A stretch of 64,000 bases of DNA. It comes from Octopus vulgaris. Lineage: Eukaryota. The notes under the pieces were generated by a model, which saw nothing but the letters and a program-made list of their open reading frames with translations, ran no database searches and was not told where the DNA came from. Position numbers and translations under genes: made by a program. Numbering within the stretch: position 1 is the stretch's first letter; every line of letters starts with the position of its first letter. The DNA lies in assembly GCA_951406725.2 (NCBI GenBank), contig OX597814.1, forward strand, positions 164,362,001 through 164,426,000, given 5' to 3'. Of the stretch, positions 25,415 to 39,414 are shown piece after piece.

Positions 25415-25634
25415 CCCTTTCATTACTGTATTTATTTTGAGATGCTCTGTGTTTCTTTCAATTACTTTAAATATAACAAAGAAGTTAGTAAAATAACTTA
25501 GTTATCATTAAGCCAGTGTTAGGAATATAAATTGTGACTAAGGTTTGGTTGAAGATTTTAATTCAAAACTTATGAAAACAAGACATTTGTACTCAGAGCC
25601 AGAGCCGGTTTCAGCTGGGTTGGTAACAAAAGGG
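25415..25634. mobile_element. piggyBac-like MITE
   Basis: TTAA|CCCTTT...AAAGGG|TTAA; an inverted second copy lies at ~34803-35010. Confidence 0.85.
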
Positions 25635-25782
25635 TTAAAAGCTGTTGAAGGAAATAAACATTGGGAACAGAAGAAAAAAAAACATGCAATTAGGTTATTA
25701 AATTAAGGGCTGTTTTCAAGAATTACCAGTGCTTAACACTAATTATAAACATTTGTAGGTAATGCAAGTTATATAACATATA

Positions 25783-25995
25783 CGTGGGGGGTGCTGAAAA
25801 GTTCCTGGCTTTGAGTAAAAGAAAATACAGGAGGATTAGTTAATTATGATTTTCTTCAACATATTCCTCTCTCAGATTCACACAGAGCAGCAGCCCTTCT
25901 GTCTTTCTAAGCTCTGTAAAGAACTTGGAAGATTGGGCCTCTAATCAGGCTTTTCGTGATATCCTTAAAGCCAGGAGCTTTTCAGCACCCCCTTG
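25783..25995. mobile_element. Tc1/mariner-like MITE
   Basis: TA|CGTGGGGGGTGCTGAAAAGTTCCTGGCTTT and AAAGCCAGGAGCTTTTCAGCACCCCCTTG inverted termini. Confidence 0.8.
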
Positions 25996-26164
25996 AATCT
26001 AAAACAAAACAATACATGACCATATCGTAATTTATAATAAGGACATATGTACTTCATCATCATCATCGTTTAGCATATATTATATTTGCAATGTGCACCT
26101 CATGTACCTGTAATCTACTCATATTGTGCATGAACACATTATACGTGTAATATTTATGTCATCA

Positions 26165-26700
26165 TTGGCGTTAGGAAGGGTACTTGGTATTAGAAAGGGC
26201 ATCTAACCATAGAAACCATACCAAATCAGACTGGAACCTGGTGCAGCCTCCAGCTTGCAAGTTTCAGTCAAACCATCTAACCCATGCCAGCATGGAAAGC
26301 AGATGCTAAATAATGATGATGATCATCATCATCATCATTATTATTTTCCATATAAATATCAAATGGAAATTGTAGTTGTGATACCTGTGCTGGTGGCAAG
26401 TAAAAAGCACCGTCCGAATGTAGCTGATGCCAGCACCACCTTCACTGGCTTCTGTGCCGGTGGCAAGTAAAAAGCACCAACTGATCATGGCTGCTGCCAG
26501 CCTCCCCTGGCACCTGTGCTGGTGGCATGTAAAAAGCACCCACTCACGGAGTGGTTGGCGTTAGGAAGGGCATCCAGCTGTAGAAACACTGCCAGATCAG
26601 ACTGGAGCCTGGTGCAGCCTCCTGGCTTCCCAGACCCCGGTTGAACCGTCCAACCCGTGCTAGCATGGAAAACGGGCATTAAACGATGATGATGATGATT
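26165..26700 (+). mobile_element. Two tandem RTE LINE 3' ends
   Basis: Two copies of the RTE 3' UTR motif, each ending in (GAT)n. Confidence 0.85.
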
Positions 26701-27417
26701 AGTATGATTTGGACAAGTTGTTCATTATATGTCACTCATAACATTTTAGTTGTATGTGTGTGTGTGTCTATATAAATGTATCTATGAATACTACATAAGT
26801 ATATACAGTAATCTCTCGCCATATTATGGTTCTTTAACATGTCTACATTGAAGAATGGTGTGCTTGAGTGGTTTGTTTATTTCATATTTTGTTTTTTTTT
26901 ACTTCCATTAATTTATTTTGGACAGTTTATTTATTTTATACTTTATATTATTGATTTTTATTTCTATTATTTTTATTTTTGTAATTTTTTTTATACTTTG
27001 TATCTCAGTGCATTTCTGTGTTGCCCTTTGTCAATGGAGGGTGGATAGTTTAATAAGAATGTGAGGGGAGAGTAATAGCTGGTTAAGGAAGTGAATAGAG
27101 GTGGGTGAGAATGACTAGATATGTGAAGTGTTAAGATGGAATATAGCAGAGAAGTGATATCTGAAGGCACAATGAAGAGGTGTTTGGCAACAATAGTAAG
27201 GAAAGGGAAAGGAAGATAATGAGAATAAAGAACAGTAGATTCCAAAGTGAGGAAGTGACTAGTATTGCATTAAAAATGACAAGAGAGAAATTAATAACAT
27301 AATGCAAACATCAACAAACAAACAAAATTGTGAGATGAAATTAACAAACTAAAATAAGCTTCAGTGTTTCAATTCAGATGTGATAAAAGGAGGAAAAGGA
27401 GTAGTAGAAAACATTAC

Positions 27418-27859
27418 CTTCACTTTACAATGCTGCACAATGGCCTGAGCTATAGTATCACGAATTGATCCTTCGAGGGGCAGACATCGGACAGCCCCAA
27501 GTAAGAAACCAGGTTCACTGTCCATCATATTGAGTAAATTGTCGATAAATTTCTCAGCACCACTAAGTAGACGCCGGAGGTCAAAGTTGTGTCGCTGTTT
27601 GAAGATCTTGGCCAATTGACTGAGAGTAAGGACACTGATGATCTGATTGTAGACGTAGGACAGTTGCAGGAGTAGCTGGTGGGTGGAATCAGGACCACGA
27701 GAGACACCAACTAGAAAGAGGTGTTCTCGAAGAAGGAAGACAAATCGATGATCTCCAGCCACGATACATCGGATGCTGTCCTTCTCAGAGTTTGTAACAA
27801 ATGAAACCAAAGCTTGCATGACTCCCATCAAAGTTACTAGATTATCTTCATTGCCGAAT
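27418..27859 (-). CDS. MON1: MON1 coding exon 3 (longin domain 1)
   Basis: ctctttgcag|A acceptor and AAG|gtaatg donor; FGNEDNLVTLMGVMQALVSF...NFDLRRLLSGAEK...AVRCLPL. Confidence 0.97.
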
Positions 27860-27949
27860 CTGCAAAGAGAAATCAATATGATCATCACCATATGTAACTG
27901 ATTTTATTTTAGGGAATAAAAATTTCATCTGTCTAGGTTCATAATAATG

Positions 27950-30222
27950 TCTAATATATAAAACAGAGATGTGTGCATATTCACTTTTCATGTGAAAACG
28001 GCTTCACCAATTACTTCCATACTTATGATGCATGAATAATTTGACCTCGGACATATAATAGGGTCTTCATTTGATTTTTTTATTTAAAATTATTAAAAAT
28101 AAAAAATATTGCTTTTTATATTTTGATTCGACGGTCATTTGGAATGCTCACAGCAGCCATATTCCTACCACTCTATGTTACGCTGGTGAGACCCATATTG
28201 GAGTATGGGATTCAAGCCTCTTCTCCTTATCTCCTCAAAGACATACAGCATCTCGAAAGAGTCCAGAAGCTGGCTACCCGCATGGTTCATGGTCTCAAAA
28301 ATTTGTCCTACGAAGAAAGGCTGAGGACGCTCGACCTTTATTCTCTTGAAAAACGCCGCCGCCGTAGTGATCTCATTCTCGCCCACAACATCATAAGCGG
28401 AAAGTGTAACCTCTTGAAAGAGCTGTTCTTCACTCCTGCTCCAGAGTGTCGGCTGCGGGGTCATTCCGAAAAGCTCTACCTGCGACGATTTCATCTCAAT
28501 CGAAGGAGAGGAGCTTTCTCCGTCCGGGTTGCGGATCCGTGGAACAAGCTGCCAGACGAGATGGTAAAGATGCCGACGACCGCTTTGTTCAAAGCCTCCC
28601 TGGACCTCAAGTGGCCTGAACTCTTAACATGAACACCACCCTGTACTTAACTCCATGTCCCCCTACATGGCCTTGCTATTTGCTTTTGAGCCAAATTAAC
28701 TAACTAACTAACTAACATCTTTCAAAGATTTTAATATTTTTTCTTCTGGTTTTCTAGCATCAGTGACGTAACATATATCTTTATGTATATCTCTCTATTT
28801 CTATCTCTCTATCTATATCTCTTGTTTGCACTTTCATTTTTCAGACGTTATTCTTTTCACTTTCAGTTTTCATAAGTGACTGTTTAACTTCCATGTTATT
28901 GTTTTCACTATAAGTCTAAGTTTCCAATCGCTATTTACAAACAAACAATGACAAATTACTGAAAGAAGTTCACAATTACTGATATAAGTAATTTCATAAT
29001 TTACTGACAGAAGTATCTTCATAAATTTCACTTCAATCCGAATGGTCATGTGTTTTTCTCTTGTTGACGATTTCTTTCTGGTTCCTTCGCTAATAGCTCC
29101 TTGGTTCACTGAGTGACAAATTTCGCTTCAACCCATACAATACTTTATTTTCCATTAAAATTTCTTAATTACTTTCGGCCCGTCATTTAAACAAACATAA
29201 TTTCCGTTACCAAGTTATTTTCATTGTTTACTATCTTCTGAACTTGTGTATTTCCATATACATATATAACCATATGTAGAAGGAAAGTGTCAAATTTGTT
29301 GGCATAACTACAGATTTCTGCCCCACCCCCACCAAATTTTGATGATCATAACTTTCAGAAAAATGGATATTTTTTAATAAAATTTTCTACGAATATGTGC
29401 TATATCATGTCCATTTCAAATATATAAAATTTTGAGGGGTAAATGTTTTAGGAGGGGGTGGGGGATTTTCTGAAAATTCACTTAACTTTCAAGAAAATGG
29501 ATATTTTTTTAATGAAATTCTCTACAAATATACCTTGGAATATTATTACATTAGATTCACTTCTTTAAAAAGGTTTCTCAAAGTCAACTTCCAGTATTGA
29601 CATAAAAATGGCAAAGTCTCTCCCTGCCTAATTTCTATGTTTTCATTTCAAGTTTTAATTCACTATTTGTAAACAACTACCATAAATTACTGAAAGAAAT
29701 ATTTACTAAGTTCACAAATTTAAATATTTCGTACAAGATAGTTTTCAATGTGCTTTTATTTATACAATTTTTTCATTCCTCCACAAATTTTTTCTGAAGA
29801 AATTTAGATCCTCCTAAATTATGCAATGGGACAAGGTTGATTGTGACGACATTATCACCTAATATGACAGAAGCTATCATCATCACTGGATGTGCCTCTG
29901 GGGAAGCAGTTTCCATTCCAAGAATTCTAATCAAACCAACAGAATACCCTTTCAGTTCAAACGAACACAATTCCCAATGCGACTTTGCTTTTCAATGTCT
30001 ATTTATACAGCTCAAGGTCAGTCTTTGAAATCTACTGGCTTGCTTTTCTCATGGTCAATTTTGTTGGTTGTTCCAGGGTAGGTAGTTTGCAAGACTTATT
30101 TGTCTATGCTCCAAATCAGAAAACAAAGAATGTTGTTTAACCAGAAGCTCTTACATAATTTCTTTCAACATATGTGGTAGAATTTATCTCCTTTCATAAA
30201 AGTGGTAAATTTTGTATTTTCG

Positions 30223-30276
<54 letters not shown>

Positions 30277-30423
30277 TTGTATTATGAATTCAGAATTGAT
30301 TTCCCAATTAAAGAATAAATTGAATTTAGAATAACAAATTTCTATACAACATATTTTGCTTTTTCTTCCAATATGTAATGAAAAAAAATTTCATTCCCGG
30401 GCAACGCCGGGTGCCTTTGCTAG
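27950..30423 (+). mobile_element. Internally deleted Helitron with frameshifted PIF1-helicase remnant (~29790-30150)
   Basis: TCTAATATATAAAA 5' end; LRNLDPPKLCNGTRL...IPRI...FQFKRTQFPMRLCFSMSI..AQGQSL; hairpin CCCGGGCAACGCCGGG (30396-30411) and CTAG|T (30420-30423). Confidence 0.9.
28120..28716 (+). mobile_element. CR1-type LINE 3' fragment nested in a Helitron
   Basis: LYVTLVRPILEY...LERVQKLATRMV..LSYEERL..LDLYSLEKRR...FSVRVADPWNKLP; (TAAC)n tail. Confidence 0.92.
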
Positions 30424-30706
30424 TTGATCTAAATGAGAGAACTTATACGTGATTCCCCTACCCACATTTTCTTCAGTGTCATTTCATTATATTGTATTTG
30501 TTTTCTTCACAGGCTTGGATGAGTTTGAATGGCTACAGCTGTTACTACAGCAACTATATGATACATGAAATGCCAGGCATATAACACAGATATGATAGCA
30601 TTGAGTAATTACATTATATACTGTAATATGTCAACAAAAATGTCATTGGTTACAGGTTTCCAGTAGACCAATCAGTGCTACTTTAGTGTATGGACTACTA
30701 CAGTAT

Positions 30707-30917
30707 CCATAGTATATGCTGTGAAATGACCTGATCTGGGTTAGGACTAAGGTTAGGGTTTAGAGTTAGGGTTAAGTTTTAGGGTTAAAGTTAAGGATTA
30801 GGGTTTATAGTTAAGGTTAGCATTAGAGTTAGGGGTTAGAATTAAGAGTTAGGATTTGGGCTAAACTGTAAGCTAAAGTGGCGCCAACTAATCATTGCTT
30901 CACAGCATACCTGATGG
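30707..30917. repeat. Degenerate (TTAGGG)n tract bracketed by short inverted repeats
   Basis: About 120 bp of TTAGGG variants (30740-30860); TATGCTGTGAA on the left versus TTCACAGCATA on the right. Confidence 0.7.
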
Positions 30918-31489
30918 CAATTAAGCAAAGGGAGTTTCTATACCCTCAGCATAGAACAGATATCTAAATAGGTTTTGTTTGCATAGTGCTGGGTTTTTAC
31001 GTATACTCACACACATTCCAAAGTTTTTGCATACTTTATGTTTAATGAATTCCATTAATATAGTGATAGTCAACTTGAGACTACGTTAAAAGACTTGTCT
31101 AAAGTATTTCCCAGTAGTATTGAACCTGAAGCCATATGGTTAAGAATTGAACTTCTTAAAAACAGTCATGCCTGTTTAGAGATGTGGTAATTCAAGATAA
31201 ATACTACATGCATTAAAGATATTCTCTCTGTTGTATATTCTCTCTGGTCCAGGTCAATCTATCCATAACTACCCTGTCTTTTCCTACATGCAGTAAACCC
31301 AAGATCACATTATCTATATCTTATTCTAAGACAGTAGGATGTGATTTGAGGGCTATTTAGCTGCTTTTTCTAGCAGATCAAGCAACCACAAAGAGGCTCC
31401 CTCATGTAGTGTATACACTGTACAGAGATAAGGAAAAATCTGTGTGAAGGGAAGAATGTACTTTCAACAGCAGGGGTGTGAGTATGTGT

Positions 31490-31999
31490 GACCCCCTTCG
31501 GTCATGAATGACCATGGGATTGCACCTAGAAAGTTATCCTCCAAAGCACAAGTCTGGACAAGGTTGTTTATGGAAGACCAGCAGTCTCCCATGCATACCA
31601 GACTCCCGTCTCCATGCCACCGATGTTATCCAAGGGAAAGGCAAAGGCCGATACAGCTTGGTACCAGTGACGTTGCAGCTCATTTATTAACGTGCAAGTG
31701 GCTGAGCACTCCACAGACACGTGTACCCTTAACGTAGTTCTCGGGGAGATTCAGCGTGACACAGGGTGTGACAAGGCTGGCCCCTTTGAAATACAGGTAC
31801 AACAGAAACAGGAAGAAAGAGTGAGAGAAAGTTGTGGCAAAAGAGTACAGCAGGGTTCACCACCACCCCCTGCCGGAGCCTCATGGAGTTTTAGGTGCTT
31901 TTGCTCAATAAACACTCACAATGCCCGGTCTGGGAATCGAAACCGCGATCCTACGACCGCAAGTCCGCTGCCCTACCACTGGGCCATTGCGCCTCCACC
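31490..31999 (-). mobile_element. SINE family B (31686-31999) joined to a further repeat segment (31490-31685)
   Basis: tRNA-like head GGAGGCGCAATGGCCCAGTGG on the minus strand. Confidence 0.8.
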
Positions 32000-32252
32000 T
32001 GTCTAATGTACTATCATAAGAAAAGAAGTGTAATAATTACATAGACATTAATATGTTTTTAATTTTTCATCTATAAAGGAGGCACAGTGACCATAGCTTT
32101 TACAGCTTTAGTAGATTTGAAATAAAGATAACTGTGGGAGTATTGTAAGTGTAACAACATCTGTTTAAATTCACATCATCTAGGTTAGCAGAAAAAAAAT
32201 GGATTTGATGAGGAGATGGAAAAAGAGTGTATATATTTATAACCAAACTCAC

Positions 32253-32479
32253 CTGGAATATACTGGCTTCCCAGCTTCACTAAGTATGAAAACATGCTTT
32301 TTGTGATGACGCCAAGCTGGGTGATTGACATCTTCACCATCACTGATGGTATCTGCTGACATGCGCATCCAGTTTGGTCCAGCATTACCCCCTGCATTAC
32401 TATCTGAAGACAAATTCATTTCTTCAATATTACTGATCACCTCTGCAGGTACACTAGTTTCCTGGGGTTCAGGTTCTTC
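32253..32479 (-). CDS. MON1: MON1 coding exon 2
   Basis: tttcttgcag|GAA acceptor and AG|gtgagt donor; encodes [21 protein letters not shown]. Confidence 0.95.
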
Positions 32480-32567
32480 CTGCAAGAAACATGGTATTGC
32501 ATGCAATTAACAATTAAGGCAAGATAGAGAGAGTGACATATACAAAATCACTCATGATATTCTGACA

Positions 32568-32799
32568 TGGCGAGCTGGCAGAAACGTTAGCACGCCGGGC
32601 GAAATGCTTAGTGGTATTTCGTCTGCCGTTACGTTGTGAGTTCAAATTCCACCGAGGCCGACTTTGCCTTTCATCCTTTCGGGGTCGATAAATAAAGTAC
32701 CAGTTATGCACTGAGGTCGTTGTAATTGACTTAATACCTATGTCTGTCCTTGTTTGTCCCCTCTGTGTTTAGCCCCTTGTGGGTAGTAAAGAAATAGAT
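32568..32799 (+). mobile_element. SINE family A, near-intact copy
   Basis: Full head, core and tail; GATATTCTGACA direct repeat on both flanks (TSD). Confidence 0.9.
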
Positions 32800-34149
32800 A
32801 TTCTGACAGGGCTGAAGAAATATGAAACCTTAATGAATATAACAGTCTTGAAAGAACCACTTAATATTAAATAAATAATATACCCTCTACTTGATGTATT
32901 GAGGACTTACTTTAAATGAAGTTCCTTCCATTCTAATAGAATCACCAACTACACACACACACACACACACACACTTACATGGCCATATGGTTGAGGAGTA
33001 TTCTTCAGAACCACATGATTAGGGGTTCTTCCTCACTGGGTTGGCTGTTGGGCAGTGTTGTCTACTATATCTGCAAACTGACCATTGCTTTGTGAGTGAA
33101 ATGTGATCAATGGAAACTGGTAGAAGCCCATTGTATGCATTTCCTTTTGTCGAGTTCACAAGGTATAACTTCAGGCAGTAATAGAAGATACTTACCCAAG
33201 AGATGAATAGGTGGCTTTATGACAGGTGCTGAAGGCTGAAGTATGATATAGGAGCAAGCACAGGTGTCTTGCTATAGAGAAGATACATGGTCACCTTGCA
33301 TTATATGAGAGTGAGTGAGAGTAGCTGGAAGGAAGATAAAGATGGTGGTGATAGGATACCAGAGTGTATGTACTCTGAAAGTACAAGGTGAGTATAGAAA
33401 CTGGATAAGCAGGGAAGGAAAGGGCAGGTAAGTTCGTAAGAGAGAGAAAAGGGAGTGACATATGGTTAGAAAAGAGACTAGAGGTGGAGGTAATGAGAGA
33501 TGATAATAAATATCAGAATGGAGGGGAGAGGTGCGAGAGATAGAAGTGGCTCAGGATGGAGAAGCAACAGGTGACAGCACAGGATGGAAGGAGAGTTGCA
33601 GTGTCATAATCCTGTTGATAGATCAGTGAGTAAGAAGATGGTGTGCAGGTTGTGAGACTGAGGTGGAGATGAACAGTGGCAGAAATGAAAGTCAGAGTGA
33701 CAGAAGGGTGGCTAAGGTGCTAAGTATGATAGATACAAAAGGTGTTAAAGAAGGTATGGCAGACCTATGATGTAGCTTAGAGGAGAGGGAAAGATAACTG
33801 AAGGCAGAGAAAAGAGTGGGGAGTAATCATTGAAAAATGGTGTGAGGGAAGGGATGATAATGAGAATGAGAGAGGGATGTTAATAGGAAGTGGTTCCAGA
33901 GGGCAAAGGAGCTAACTGGTAGCACACAAATGGGGTGAAATATGTTCTGATTCTGCTCTCAGATGATTACAACAGCTGAGTAGTGTCACAGTTAGGAGAT
34001 TGATGAAGGGATGGGTGATAAAAAGATGAGATGTGGGAAATGCTTAATGAGTGAAGATTGGGTGCAAATGCAGGGCCCAGCAAGTACAAGCATAAACATA
34101 CTGCTTTAAAGACATCCCCTTCACTGTAACAAATAGGACCTCTTGGACA

Positions 34150-34559
34150 CAGTGAATTGCCTATCCTCTCTGTCCTTTGCTATCCCCTCCAAGGGTTCAA
34201 CCTCCTGAGCCCAACCTTCATTACTTTGTCCCCTGTCTTCCTGGATCTCCTTCTTTCACAAGTGCCATTCATTTTAAGTGATTGGCACTTCTTTATACAG
34301 CTGTCCACATCCATACGCATTACATGACCAAACCAGCACAATCTTCTCTCTCGCATGCAACATCTGATTCTGTTAAAACTTAATATTTTTCAACACATTT
34401 GCACTTTGTTACACATGCACACTGACACTGCATATCCAACAGAGCCTATTAACTTCATTCTTTTCTAGTCTTCACATGTTATCTACATTCAAGGCACATA
34501 TCTCATTTTCATGTAGCATTGCTGCTTACATGCAAGCATCAAACAATCTGCCTTTCACT

Positions 34560-34632
<73 letters not shown>

Positions 34633-35430
34633 TCTATTGTCAACAAAGGTAATGGTTCTTTGAATGTTCCTTATCCTATTCATATTCTAGTAACTATATT
34701 TTCAAAACATCCTCCTCTACTTCTAATTAGTTGTCTGGGTAACAGAAACTATCTATTACTTCCAGACAACCTACTAGGCATTTAAGAAAATCTCTTTTCA
34801 ACTGTTTTGTTACTAATTCAACTCTGGCTCTGTAGTACAAATGTTTTGTTTTCATAAGTTTCGAATTAAAATCTCCCACCAAACCTTAGTCACAATTTAG
34901 GTTCCTAACACTAGCTTAATGATAACTAAGTTACTTTACTAAATTCTTTGTTATATTTAAAATAATTGAAAGAAACAGAGCATCTCAAAATAAATATGGT
35001 AATGAAAGGGTTAATGTGTCCTTAGTTTTTATTGCTCCTGCTTATCTTCCACATACAAAAACTACTTTCTCTGTTAGTCTTCCAGTGATTCCACTGCACT
35101 TCTTGTGTGTCCATAGCTTGCACTGGGTATACTGTATGGAATTCCTGCCTACACCTTTCCTACATATCAAGTAAAGTTATGTACTAGAAGGGAGTACAAT
35201 CCTGTTTGTTTTCCTGCTAACCAGAACTTTGATCTTTACAAAGTTAACATTAATCTCCTTTGATTCAAGGTTTTGCTTCCACACCTGAAATTGCTTTCCT
35301 TATTCTACTACAGGTTCTACTATAAGACTAAGGCTATCAACAAGAGCAGCTTGTCTTAAATTCCTCTCTTATGGCATGAAAGACAATGGTGAACAGAAGG
35401 GAAATTCTTTTATTGGTCCTGTAATTTTTA
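34150..35430 (-). mobile_element. Old RTE RT remnant interrupted by (GA)n and a piggyBac-like MITE
   Basis: WFGHVMRM motif on the minus strand at ~34310-34340; (GA)n at 34562-34628. Confidence 0.7.
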
Positions 35431-35949
35431 TATATGGTTTTACAGCTACAATATACTTTCTGCCATTAGCCTCCTCAACCAAATAATTCACTTTCCTCAA
35501 CACTAGCATCAATGGATTTCAATCCAACATTGATCTTAATTACTACTGATACCCATTTTATTGTTTACTTCAAGAAGGGAGCCTCATGTGATTGTTCAAC
35601 TGACCAGAAATAGCAATCAAATCTCCCTCAAATAAAATTGGAGCATTACTATTTCTGAAAAAGGAGAAGGAATGGCCAAGGACTGCTTACCTCTGACCCT
35701 ACACCTGATCTACAAGGGCCAACCTAAGATTGAATAACAGCAACGGCCATACTGCTGCCACCAATTATACATTTCTGAAATGCTGATATTTGATCTTTTA
35801 TCTCTAATCCATCCTACAAAAAATTCTGCTCCTCCGAAATAGCAAATAGTGTACTAAAGCAGAATCAGAATCAATGTTTCCTCCTTTCATCCCTCACCCT
35901 TACTTTGTCTCACCCCTACTACAAACACTGCACTAAATATTATTTCACA

Positions 35950-36440
35950 TATCGGATCGTAGAGTGACCCGCTGTTCTTGAGGAGATCTACTGAGTCAAG
36001 TACGTCAACATCAAAATAAAAATCAAATGGAAATTGTAGTTAAGACACCCATGCCAGTGGCACGTAAAAAGCACCGTCAGATCGTGGCAGATGCCAGATA
36101 AAAGTCAAATGGAAATCATAGTTAAGACACCCGTGCCGGTGACATGTAAAAAGCACCGTCTGAACATGGCAGATGCCAGTGCCGCCTAACCGGCGTCCAT
36201 GTCGGTGACACGTGAAAGCACCAACCGATCATGGCCGTTTGCCAGCATGCACTGGCCCCTGTGCCAGTGGCACGTAAAAAACACCCACTACACTGACAGA
36301 GTGGTTGGCATTAGGAAGGGCATCCAGTTGTAGAAACACTGCTAAATCAGACTAGAGCCTGGTGCAGCCTCCACGGCTTACCAGATCCCAGTCGAACCAT
36401 CCAACCCATGCAAGCATGGAAAACGGATGATGATGATGAT
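35950..36440 (+). mobile_element. RTE LINE 3' end
   Basis: Same 3' UTR repeats and (GAT)n tail. Confidence 0.85.
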
Positions 36441-37079
36441 ATATTTCGACTTCACTCTACTTTTCTCACTGGGATAACAATAACAAATATTTTCAGTTAC
36501 TCTGAATCAAGGTCTCTAAGTTAAATCTGCTGTCTCTGTAGTTTGCCAAACTCCTTCAGCTGCTTGCAACTATTTATCTGTACTTTGTGAATAAATATCT
36601 GAAGTCAACATCCCCAGTGACTACAACATACACAACTTCTCTCACATGGACAACACTGGTGCAGAGTATCCTCACCTATCCACATCACTGGCACACAACC
36701 TTTTCTAATTATTATTGATCTCTTTCCCTCTTTAAACCCAGTTTTACCAAGCCAATACATCAATTAGATTATCTGAGCAGAGCCCAATAAAAGTAAGCCA
36801 TTCACTGCCATTTACAGCAAAAAATCTGACCCCAAACCCTCTTGCATTTCAAGTTAAGTTAACTAGTTGGAGCATTGCTGGTTCTACCCTAACAATCCAT
36901 GTCAGTAAATATACTTCCCAGCTGGTCCTATTGAGCTAGTTAAATGAGTAACCTGTTAAGTATGTTCTTTCACACTTGCCATACACCAAAACCAGAGCCT
37001 CATAAACCAATGAAAAGATCTTCTACATGACTACTCAACTTGCTAAAAATAGCAGTTAGATTGTCTCTCATGTCATATC

Positions 37080-37310
37080 TATTTCTTTACTACCCACAAG
37101 AGGCTAAACACAGAGAGGACAAACAAGGACAGAAAAATAGATTAAGTCGATTATATCGACCCCAGTGCGTAACTGGTACTTAATTTATCAACCCCGAAAG
37201 GATGAAAGGCAAAGTTGACCTCGGTGGAATTTGAACTCAGAACGTCGCGGCAGACGAAATACCGTTAAGCATTTCCCCCGGCACGCTAATGTTTCTGCCA
37301 GCTCGCCGCC
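37080..37310 (-). mobile_element. SINE family A
   Basis: Full-length reverse-complement match to 32568-32799. Confidence 0.9.
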
Positions 37311-38142
37311 TTTGTCTCTCATGCTTTTTAGGAAAAAAAAAAAACAGGACATGTGGTCCACCATTCGGAAAAAATGGGATGATCATAATTAGAACACATT
37401 TAACTACAGATGTGAATGATAAGAAGAAGAAGAACTACAACAATCTACAATTAGCAAATGCTGCAAGTGCAGTAGCACTGTGCAGAGCAAGTGAACAAAA
37501 GAGTCTTATCTACCATACCTACAAAAGCTTCTGCTCCTTCGAAATAATAAACTGTACTGAAGCAGAATCAATGTTTCCTCTTCTCATTCATCACTCCTAT
37601 TTTGTATCACTTCCACAACAAACACTGTACTAAATATTATTCCTAAGCCTTCTTCCAACAGACCTTGAAACCCTTTGGTTCATGTTTTGCAGATGTTCAA
37701 GCTGGACATCAACCTCAGTCTGGGAGAGTCTGCAGAGAAATGAAGGGGTCCTGACATTCTTCCTCCAACTAAATAACAAATGTATCAGAATTTGTGAAGC
37801 ACAACTTTTCAGCCCTATCAAATATAGGTTAACCCACTGGCATTCAGATTTCTCCATTCACATGTAGAGCTTATTTATGCACACTGTTGTGAATTAACTA
37901 TGTATTATCTCATAGCTTCAAGATTACTTTTCCATGCTTGCATGGGTTGGACAGAATTCATTGAGGCAGATTTTCTATGGTTGGATGCTTTTCCATCACC
38001 CCCCAATACTTGTTTTCAAGCAATGTAATATTCCTCCATGGCCAGATATATTTTAAATGAAAGACTGGAAACAAATAACACCCTTATGTGACACCCATAA
38101 TAGTTTGTAATTATCACATGATGTTAAGACATGGGTACAAAC

Positions 38143-38185
<43 letters not shown>

Positions 38186-38345
38186 TTCATTCAGTAGATT
38201 TCTTTCCGTTTCTGTTTACCAAATCCTCTCACAGCTTTGGTTGACCCTGAGCTACAGCAGAATATATTTGCCCAAGGTGTCCAAGGTGGGACTGAACCTG
38301 AAACTGCATGGTTGGGAGGTAGATTTCTCTAAATCACACAGCAGG

Positions 38346-38392
<47 letters not shown>

Positions 38393-39414
38393 AATTAACA
38401 AGAAATGATTATGCAGCAAAGTAAACAAATATTAGTCAATGATTAATAGAATTTTAATTATACTACCAAGTATGGGAAACAAATCAGGACATGATTCAGT
38501 CTTGTTATGATCTAATTAACAAAGCATATATTTTATTGTATTTGCAGAGACAGTGATGGCAGAATCACTATGTAAGCACCCAATAATGTAAGTATATTGG
38601 AGAGCATAGCAAAATAGAATTATTTAGCGAATAAAAGTTGTTAGCTGGATGCCATGACGATTAGAACATAAAGTAATGATCATTTTAAAAATTAATCATT
38701 CTGTTAATTATCCAAAACAGTAGCAAGTTCAAAAAGGCAACATGTGGAACTCGACAAATGGAAGTTTTTAAAGTTTCAGTGATTAAAATACATTGCACTT
38801 TGTATCACATCCACTTCGTAGCAAAGCAGAGTTAATTAGTTTCCTTGTATAATAAACTACTTCCTTTTAAACAACAACAAAATGGCTATGTGGTCATTTT
38901 CCCTGCTAGAAATAACAGCCAAATCTCTCTTAAATTACACACTAGCAGGATCTCTAGAGATAATAGACAAGTTTCTGTTACCTAGTTGAAGTGACCAAAT
39001 TAATTGTAAAGATGTCCTGAAAGTATGGTAACCAGAATAAGAACATGCTTGAGAAAGTCCAAGGAGCTACTTCTGCTGTTAATAGCAAAAGTTTTCTCTC
39101 TCAGAATGAAAGGCAAGCTGAATGGTGTCTGTGTATGAAGCCCTGTCAATTTTCATGCTTCTATGCCCCTTTTTATTCATCTTCTTGGACACCAGTATGA
39201 AGTAACCACAAATATCTCCCACAACAAATGTATCTTTACTCTTCCCATCATACATTAACCTCTCAACACCTCACATAGAGTAACCACTGTCTATTCCCCT
39301 TTCAGACAAAGGGGCTTTTTAGTTTCACAAGTTACAAGGCAATCTCACTAGTAATGGTGTCATTAAAAAAAGTGCGCACTGCATGCATACATACACACAT
39401 AGATGATGATGATA

